Shown one piece after another: positions 57,576-64,000 of a DNA stretch of 64,000 nt; within the stretch, counting starts at the first letter, position 1; the number at the start of each line of letters is the position of its first letter. The notes beneath the pieces are model-generated. The model saw only the letters and a list, made by a program, of their open reading frames with translations. It searched no databases and was not told the DNA's origin. Made by a program: the position numbers and the translations under genes. This DNA is from a virus. The stretch spans positions 2,624 through 66,623 of the IMG/VR virus record IMGVR_UViG_3300021356_000015. The stretch is one strand, 5' to 3'.

Positions 57576-58892
57576 TTAAATACTGTGTAAATTGCTGTTC
57601 GTTATATCGTCGGTCTCGGTCAATCTCATGTAGTTGTAATTAATATTCAACTTACACTTGACACCTTTGCCTTCTCCATCTCTAATCTTCAAGATCTTCA
57701 ACCAATATTCCTCGCTCGCTCTCATCAAATCATCTTGAATAATACCTAACATAACATCTGCTGTATGAGATAGACCTGCTGATTCTGCAATGTCTGTCAT
57801 AGTGATATCAGATGCGTTATAGCCAGATCGAGTAATCTGAGTAGCTGTAACTATAAGCCAGTTATTTCTGATGCCCATAGCTCTCAAATCCTCTGCAATC
57901 TGCTTGATTTTCATATATGTGTTTTCAGTATTTTGGTTTCTGTAGTTAGCCAAAATATTGATGTAGTCAATAACCACTGCGCCCAACTTGATTTGTCTCT
58001 CCTCCTCAATTTGATTTAGATAAGCTTCAATGTCAAGAACAGTAGCTTGAGAAGTTGGAAATTGCTTAACGAATAGTTGACCAGGCGGAGTAAAGCCATC
58101 GCCCACAGTTTCTAGCCTTCTCTTAATGTATTCAGAGTTCTTGGCCTTCTCAGCATAGTCATTAATAGGTACACTAAGTAGGTTAGAACCGATACGCTTG
58201 ACAAACTTGTGAGCTGCCATCTCAGCAGTAATCACTGCTGTATTTGTACCCATCTTGACAAAGTTAGCTGCGTCATTGGCCAAGTAAATCGACTTACCAA
58301 TGTTTTGCTCACCTGCATAAACGATTAGATTTCCACCCTTATCATAGCCTCCTCCCAAAACTCTATCCAAGAAGTTGTAGCCTGTAGAAACTTTCTCTTC
58401 TTCTCTTTGTGAGTGTGATTCTACATCAAAGAAGTCAAGACCAAGGTCAGAGTTAAAGTTAAGGTTGTTGCGATCGTTGATGAGTCCCTTAACTTTGGTA
58501 ATAATCGACTCGGCGTTCTCTGGAGTTACCTTAGTTGTCTTGATAAACTCAATAGTGTCAATAAGAGATGTGTCAAAGTTTCTCCACTTGATCCATGATT
58601 CTGCCGTACCAGTTAGCCATTCTTCATCATATTGATCGAGGTCTACATCGAATATCATGTTTAAGATATCCTCACTTACCTTTTCTCTAGCTTTATCTGA
58701 CCTTTGAATAAGTAGCTTAAGTTGGTCCTTCGAAGGAGTCTCGTTAAACTTAGCATAAAATGCATTGGCCAAGTAACTTAACGTGTCAATTTCATCAGAC
58801 GTATAGAATCCCGTCTTAATAGACTGCAAGTACTTTGGCTTTTCAAGTGAAAGCCTAAAGAATGTCTTTTCAAAGTCTTGACCGAACTGCAT
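57576..58892 (-). CDS. gp41: Replicative DnaB-like helicase
   Basis: GEQNIGKS, AEM, IDYINI, AEDLR, TATQ..R.G, ESAG, KIRDG. Confidence 0.93.
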   Translation of the reverse strand: MQFGQDFEKTFFRLSLEKPKYLQSIKTGFYTSDEIDTLSYLANAFYAKFNETPSKDQLKLLIQRSDKAREKVSEDILNMIFDVDLDQYDEEWLTGTAESWIKWRNFDTSLIDTIEFIKTTKVTPENAESIITKVKGLINDRNNLNFNSDLGLDFFDVESHSQREEEKVSTGYNFLDRVLGGGYDKGGNLIVYAGEQNIGKSIYLANDAANFVKMGTNTAVITAEMAAHKFVKRIGSNLLSVPINDYAEKAKNSEYIKRRLETVGDGFTPPGQLFVKQFPTSQATVLDIEAYLNQIEEERQIKLGAVVIDYINILANYRNQNTENTYMKIKQIAEDLRAMGIRNNWLIVTATQITRSGYNASDITMTDIAESAGLSHTADVMLGIIQDDLMRASEEYWLKILKIRDGEGKGVKCKLNINYNYMRLTETDDITNSNLHSI

Positions 58893-59191
58893 TATTCAAA
58901 TGGGTTTATTAGTATTTTATATGACTCCTTACCTTCTTCTTGATTGACTTGTTCGATCAATCCTTCATTTAAGAGATCCTCAATAGAAGCTTTGAGATGC
59001 TCTCTTTCTGTATCGGGAAAATGATACTTGTTTACTGCGTGAAGAGTAAACTTACCTTTATATCTGTCTGGGTGCCTTTGACATAAAGTCACCTCGTGAT
59101 GCAGAACATCTAGTCCAGTTGGATAACCGTCAAGCGTTGATTCTATACCGAGGATATACTTTATAGGCAGCTTATCCTCATTAATTCTCAT
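58892..59191 (-). CDS. Hypothetical protein (winged-helix-like C-terminus)
   Basis: 99 aa; L..L.NEGLIE motif. Confidence 0.5.
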   Translation of the reverse strand: MRINEDKLPIKYILGIESTLDGYPTGLDVLHHEVTLCQRHPDRYKGKFTLHAVNKYHFPDTEREHLKASIEDLLNEGLIEQVNQEEGKESYKILINPFE

Positions 59192-60293
59192 CTTCAGCTT
59201 CGATTAACTCGTCTACATCAATCTCAGTGTTTGTACTGTAGTTGAATAGATTGTGAATCTTCTCATCAATCTTTTGTAGAATCTCTTGTGTAAATACTTT
59301 TTCAGTGAAGAACTCCGAGTTAGGAACTGTCTCATCAAGGTGCTTACAGATCCAATTGCGAGCTGACTTCTTAGGAACCTTTTGGCCCTTTTCAATCACT
59401 CCTTTAGTAATACCAATATCTTCCCAGTCAATGTAGTTTTCAAGACCAACAAAGCGATTCATGCCTTCTGTGTAGTGAAGGTGGAACTTGATGTTTTGTG
59501 GCTTGGCAAAACGATTCTTATTTGGTTTTGCAGTTACAATGATACCTGCTTTATCTCCACTTGAGTCCTTAAGTTGTGCCTTGTTCAAGAATAGAACGAT
59601 AGAAGCTGCGTATTCTGGTCCTGTTCCACCACCAGCAACTTGACGTGAAATAAAGTCTTGTGTTTGGTATGTGTGATTCGTAAAGATAAACGGAATCTTA
59701 AGATCGGCCATCGGCGTCATAATAATTCTAAAGATAGACTTAAGAATCTTAGAGCGGGTCATGTCAGCCTTCTCATTACCTGAAACAGCATCGTCAATTT
59801 CCTTTTGAGTTGCCAAGTTGCCTGCTGAGTCAAGGATAATCATGACCTTTGGAATATCAGCTCCATCTCTTTTAGCTTCTTGCATGCGACGCGTAATAGT
59901 CGTAACTGATTGTCTAAACTCTTGAACTGTATTGACAGGTTGATAGTTAACCTTAGTTGTATCAATACCAAACTTGGTCATGGTTGACTTATCGACAGCG
60001 GCCTCAGAATCATAGTAAATGATACTATAACCCATATCGATTGCTCGCTTGATTGAGTTTAGAACTAGGAATGTCTTACCAGTTCCTGAAGGACCAGCAA
60101 CTGAGCAAGATCTGTTGTTTGGCCAGCCTCCAAAAAGAGACCCTGAAATACATGCATTTAGATGATAGTTGCCAGTGTCAATCCATTCAGTAACTTCACT
60201 AAAATTAGATTGTTCCATAACAGAGCCTAGCGGGTTCAAATTAGCTAGTTCACTGTTAATATCATCGAAGCTAAATTCTTTTTTCTTTGCCAT
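59181..60293 (-). CDS. uvsX: RecA-like recombinase
   Basis: DTGNY.LN, GPSGTGKT, YDSE, ILDS.G.L, TNHTY, GGG.GP.YAAS, KNRF. Confidence 0.95.
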   Translation of the reverse strand: MAKKKEFSFDDINSELANLNPLGSVMEQSNFSEVTEWIDTGNYHLNACISGSLFGGWPNNRSCSVAGPSGTGKTFLVLNSIKRAIDMGYSIIYYDSEAAVDKSTMTKFGIDTTKVNYQPVNTVQEFRQSVTTITRRMQEAKRDGADIPKVMIILDSAGNLATQKEIDDAVSGNEKADMTRSKILKSIFRIIMTPMADLKIPFIFTNHTYQTQDFISRQVAGGGTGPEYAASIVLFLNKAQLKDSSGDKAGIIVTAKPNKNRFAKPQNIKFHLHYTEGMNRFVGLENYIDWEDIGITKGVIEKGQKVPKKSARNWICKHLDETVPNSEFFTEKVFTQEILQKIDEKIHNLFNYSTNTEIDVDELIEAEDEN

Positions 60294-60300
60294 GATTTTA

Positions 60301-60474
60301 TTATTTTTGTAGAGACTGTTCGTAATCTCTTAATTGTTGTAGTTCTTCTATTAATACTTGAGAACGTTCGTTTAGTTTCTTTATATCTGATTCAATAGAA
60401 CCCAATTCATCATGGATTCTCTTGTATTTAGCTATAATTTTAACTTGTTCAGGAGTTAATTTGCTGAGATCCAT
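60301..60474 (-). CDS. Small coiled-coil protein (57 aa)
   Basis: MDLSKLTPEQVKIIAKYKRIHDEL..., read manually. Confidence 0.5.
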   Translation of the reverse strand: MDLSKLTPEQVKIIAKYKRIHDELGSIESDIKKLNERSQVLIEELQQLRDYEQSLQK

Positions 60475-60616
60475 CGAATAAGTTTAATTGGCCTTTGACC
60501 ATGTTTTGACTCTCGAGAGCCTTTTTCTTTTCATAGTACATCATTCTAATCACTTGACCCAACTCCATGTTGTTTGGGTACTTGAGTACTAGCTGTTCTA
60601 ATTCTTGTAAATCCAT
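60449..60616 (-). CDS. Small hypothetical protein (55 aa)
   Basis: MDLQELEQLVLKYPNNMELGQVIR..., read manually. Confidence 0.5.
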   Translation of the reverse strand: MDLQELEQLVLKYPNNMELGQVIRMMYYEKKKALESQNMVKGQLNLFDGSQQINS

Positions 60617-60617
60617 G

Positions 60618-61823
60618 TTAAAAAAGTGATGTTGCGTATATTAGGTTTGTGTCTAGGGTCTGAAGACCAATAGCTTTCAAGACTCGGTTGAGTGGATCGA
60701 TCATAGACTTCTCAAACTGTACATCATAATCTACTGGAGGTGCAAACTCATATGGAAAATCACCTGGCAAATAAGAGAACATATCACTCAAAGCTGTGTC
60801 TGCACTGTGATAAATCTTAAGCTTCTCACCGTTACCTATTAAGCGATACTTATTCTTGTACTTCTTGTTTTGGTTGAGAAGATAGTTGTAGTAACCAGCG
60901 GCTTTCACGTTTGGCGGACACTTTAGGCCAAACTGAAGCTCGATCTGGTCATCAACGATATACTTGTCAATGTTATTGGTTCTCTTATTGAAAGAGATAT
61001 CATCTACATTACAAAGCTTAAATTGCTTCTTGGTTTCTTTCATAAACTGAACCAACTCTTGTAGATCCTCGGGCGAAGGCTTATCTTGCTTCTTAAATAG
61101 AATCTTAAGTGCTTCAACTAATTTTTCACGAGCAAACTTAGGAGTTGATGATTGAATAGTGTCGAAACCAATCGTCTTAACCTTCTTAAGTGGAGTGTGA
61201 CGATCAGTTGTTTCAAGCTTATCATCCCATGCAATGTTTTGAATGTACTTTTTCTTGCTCATCCAAATACCGTTATATGCAATCGTTTCAAGCTCAAAGA
61301 CTAGGAAGTTATCAGTGTTACGTGCATCTGCATATTTTTCCATACACTTAACAATATAGTCCTTAAGTCTAAAAGCATATATCTCTAAGATAAACTGATC
61401 AATAGAAAGCTTCTCTCCATTCCACTCGATAGCATTGTACATCTCTTCGAACTGAACGTAGCATGAGTCAGTGTCAATATAGATAACGGCTGGTCGCTCA
61501 GGCTTGTAACGAACTTTAATATCAAAGTGTTCGTGAACTGCAGTATCCTTAAAGAAGAACTCGTTGAAATACTTATTGAGTATCGTCTCTGAATAGAGAA
61601 TAGCGTTTTGTCCTTGCAAAGTGATGGACTCGGCAATATCGATGTTAAAGAAGTGAAACCACTTGTTACCGAATGCCCCGTAGATAGAGTTTAGAGCTAG
61701 TTTAACAGCTTGTTCATAAGCTGTATATTTGGCAGCTAACTGCTCATAATGTGCGACAAGAGCTTTCCCTTCATCGAGGGAAAGCTCTTCAATCGCTTTG
61801 TCTTCTAGTAGCTCTACATTCAT
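60618..61823 (-). CDS. gp43: Family B DNA polymerase, C-terminal subunit only (split gp43)
   Basis: KLALNSIYG (motif B), YIDTDS (motif C), KKKY and clamp-binding tail ATSLF; no exonuclease domain or motif A. Confidence 0.9.
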   Translation of the reverse strand: MNVELLEDKAIEELSLDEGKALVAHYEQLAAKYTAYEQAVKLALNSIYGAFGNKWFHFFNIDIAESITLQGQNAILYSETILNKYFNEFFFKDTAVHEHFDIKVRYKPERPAVIYIDTDSCYVQFEEMYNAIEWNGEKLSIDQFILEIYAFRLKDYIVKCMEKYADARNTDNFLVFELETIAYNGIWMSKKKYIQNIAWDDKLETTDRHTPLKKVKTIGFDTIQSSTPKFAREKLVEALKILFKKQDKPSPEDLQELVQFMKETKKQFKLCNVDDISFNKRTNNIDKYIVDDQIELQFGLKCPPNVKAAGYYNYLLNQNKKYKNKYRLIGNGEKLKIYHSADTALSDMFSYLPGDFPYEFAPPVDYDVQFEKSMIDPLNRVLKAIGLQTLDTNLIYATSLF

Positions 61824-61824
61824 A

Positions 61825-62574
61825 TTACGCAGTCTGACAAGTAGAAATAGTTAGGAGTGTCTCGGACTCATTAGATGAGAACACGACCTTTGAGTCAGAT
61901 ACGTAAACGTTTTGTTCTTCTTTATCAAGTAGGGACAGGTACTTCTTATAGACAGTCACGTCACCGTTACCAGTTGATTCTGGGTTGATAACAACGCTAA
62001 AGGTCTTACCCTTAACGTTAACACCGCTGCCGTTTGCATTGATAGAGAAAGTCTCGTCCTTATCAAGGCCAAAAAGATTCTTAACCTTACCGATCATGTG
62101 AGTGTCAAGCTCGAAGTTGAACTTGCTACCGTCTTTGCTGAAGATAGCAGAGATTTGATCCTTAGTCAAGTCCTTATAGCCAAGTGAAGGCTCAGAGCAT
62201 GCAAGAGTAATCTCAAGCTCGTCGTTAAAGATACGGAAGGTAGAAGCAACGAAGTCCTCTTCGTTCTCTACGAACTCGATCTCACCTTGAATAGCGTCGC
62301 TTTCAAAGTGCTTGATAGCTTCGATGACTTTACCTCCGTCAAAGAAAGCGATCTTCATCTCTTTATCACCTTGAGTCCAAGCATCGTCATCAATTTGAAA
62401 AACGTGACTTGTTTCAACAGAGTGATACTTAACTGCGTCTCGCTGTGGCAAGTAAACTGCAGATGTGATACGATTCTGATCCATCTTCATGTAGATGAAA
62501 GAATCAATGAGCTTAACTCGATTGATAAAAGAGGAAAGCGCATGTTGGTCAATACGATTAACTACTAGTTTCAT
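61825..62574 (-). CDS. Sliding clamp (gp45-like) candidate
   Basis: About 249 aa two-domain alpha/beta pattern next to the polymerase; likely start MKLVV at 62574. Confidence 0.55.
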   Translation of the reverse strand: MKLVVNRIDQHALSSFINRVKLIDSFIYMKMDQNRITSAVYLPQRDAVKYHSVETSHVFQIDDDAWTQGDKEMKIAFFDGGKVIEAIKHFESDAIQGEIEFVENEEDFVASTFRIFNDELEITLACSEPSLGYKDLTKDQISAIFSKDGSKFNFELDTHMIGKVKNLFGLDKDETFSINANGSGVNVKGKTFSVVINPESTGNGDVTVYKKYLSLLDKEEQNVYVSDSKVVFSSNESETLLTISTCQTA

Positions 62575-62622
62575 TTTGAAATAATTTATTCTTTCTACTA
62601 CCAAATATGCACTTTGTTTCAC

Positions 62623-62649
62623 AAAAAAGGGGACCCGGATGGGTCCCCT
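62623..62649 (-). terminator. Intrinsic terminator
   Basis: AGGGGACCC-atcc-GGGTCCCCT-TTTTT. Confidence 0.85.
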
Positions 62650-62673
62650 CAATTTACGAAAAACGTTACTTGA

Positions 62674-62880
62674 TTACTCGGCAGCACCTTCTTCGATTTC
62701 AGCTGGAGCCTCGTCCTTCTTAGCCATTGCTGACCAAACGACACCCAATAGAGTAACTAGAGCACCTACAGCCTCAGTTAGCCCAGCCTCATCAATAACT
62801 CCTTTTGCAACTAGTGCACCACCAGCAGCAGTTAAAGCGTGTCTGATGATACCGAAAATCTGTTCTTGTGTTAAAAACAT
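62674..62880 (-). CDS. Putative holin (Pam3-gp28-like), 2 TM
   Basis: QIFGIIRHALTAAGGALVAKG...GALVTLLGVVWS; late promoter at 62924-62931. Confidence 0.7.
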   Translation of the reverse strand: MFLTQEQIFGIIRHALTAAGGALVAKGVIDEAGLTEAVGALVTLLGVVWSAMAKKDEAPAEIEEGAAE

Positions 62881-63027
62881 GGTTTTATGGTTTTATTCGT
62901 AGACCCTTCATTGAGTCTTATCCTATATATCCTTTAAAAAGAGTGAGGCCAGGAAGTAGCGAACTCCTGGCCTCGGTTTCCGAGAACTATCCCGGTCCTA
63001 AGAAGAGGTCTTCAAACCTCAACTTCT

Positions 63028-64000
63028 TTATCCATCACAGCTTAGACAATCTGGATCTGTTGCCATAGCAGCGATGTCACCCCTTAGTACACTCTCAGTA
63101 CGCATGTAGTAGAGAGTCTTGATTCCTTGGTTATATGCTTCTAAGTGAACTTGGTTGATAAACTTAGGGCTTGCCTCCTTTGGGAAAGCTAAGTTTAGTG
63201 AAACTGATTGATCGACATATTGTTGTCTAACTCCAGCTTGCTTAACCAACTCAAGTTGATTTATCTCCTTAAATGTCTTGTAAACATCAGCCATTGGTAT
63301 AAAGTTGTCAGCTGCTTGTGGGACTTCTTTCAACTTATCAGTATGTATTGGCATACCCCACTCAGAATCATGTGATTCGCCAGCATGTACATAATAGTCT
63401 TTAATCCAATCAAGTCCTTGAACTGATCCGCCATCCATCAACATTTGATCCCAGGTTTCTTTAGTGTTCTTACCTATGTGGTCAAGTGCACTTTCCAAAG
63501 ACTTATTCTTTCTGATGAAAGTACCCTTAGCCGTTTGCTCAGTAAAGACATTTGCAGCCCATGGCTCAATGCCAGGTGAAACGTTACCGCTAAGCTTAGA
63601 GTTAGAAACTGTTGGAGCAACTGCCCTTAAGTGAGAGTTTCTCATGCCAGTGCCAACACACCAAAGTGGTTCACCATACTCATGAGCTAAGTCTCTACTT
63701 GCTTTTTCAGATTCTGTCTTGATCTGGCTAAAAATCTTTCTAGTCTCAAACTGCGACATTAGACCCTCAAATGGGATATTATTATTTTGAAGGTATGTGT
63801 GCCAGCCAAGAACTCCGAGACCAATAGCTCGACCTTTCTCAGCAGATCTAACAGCATTCTCAAAACCTCTCATATACTTAGCCTTAGTGATGAACTCTTC
63901 AAGAACACCATCCAAGAACCATGTTGCAGTATAAATTAGATCTGTGTCTTTCCACTCATCATACTTGGCTAGATTGACAGAACTTAGACAGCAAACAAAA
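63028..64000 (-). CDS. nrdA: Ribonucleotide reductase class Ia alpha subunit, C-terminal part (runs off window)
   Basis: VCCLSS upstream of the listed ORF start, RAIGLG, APTVSNS, PGIEP, DQSVSLN, KTLYY, C-terminal CxxC. Confidence 0.95.
   Translation of the reverse strand, partial: FVCCLSSVNLAKYDEWKDTDLIYTATWFLDGVLEEFITKAKYMRGFENAVRSAEKGRAIGLGVLGWHTYLQNNNIPFEGLMSQFETRKIFSQIKTESEKASRDLAHEYGEPLWCVGTGMRNSHLRAVAPTVSNSKLSGNVSPGIEPWAANVFTEQTAKGTFIRKNKSLESALDHIGKNTKETWDQMLMDGGSVQGLDWIKDYYVHAGESHDSEWGMPIHTDKLKEVPQAADNFIPMADVYKTFKEINQLELVKQAGVRQQYVDQSVSLNLAFPKEASPKFINQVHLEAYNQGIKTLYYMRTESVLRGDIAAMATDPDCLSCDG

Noticed and set aside
57576-61823. Inteins/split inteins or group I introns in gp41, gp43 (also terL, guaC, nrdA)
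   Set aside because: Protein lengths are normal and no intein terminal motifs are seen at expected insertion sites

Overview
This window is part of a large lytic T4-like (myovirus) dsDNA phage genome, with nearly all genes on the minus strand. The host is probably a marine Bacteroidota/Flavobacteriales (inference from A-rich leaders without Shine-Dalgarno motifs, a T9SS-type C-terminal domain and flavobacterial Cys-rich repeats). From about 23 kb to 64 kb lies the T4-like core: tape measure, gp26, tube, sheath, terminases, neck, clamp loader, RNase H, capsid, fused protease-scaffold, portal, gp2, gp4, gp55, gp15, gp46/47, gp41, UvsX, the C-terminal half of a split PolB, gp45 and partial nrdA. 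The first 23 kb are accessory: 12 tRNAs, metabolic genes, an ECF sigma factor and three signal-peptide M43 metalloprotease-family proteins. The main findings are: (1) three promoter classes implying a host sigma -> phage ECF sigma -> gp55 cascade; (2) candidate phage-encoded T9SS/secreted protease cargo; (3) capsid-targeting-like N-termini on five proteins, two of them enzymes; (4) a prfB-like CUU-UAA +1 frameshift candidate upstream of the tape measure gene; (5) rrn-type boxA elements heading both tRNA arrays; (6) unusual tRNAs and several unexplained structured RNAs. All calls come from motif reading by eye; no searches were run.
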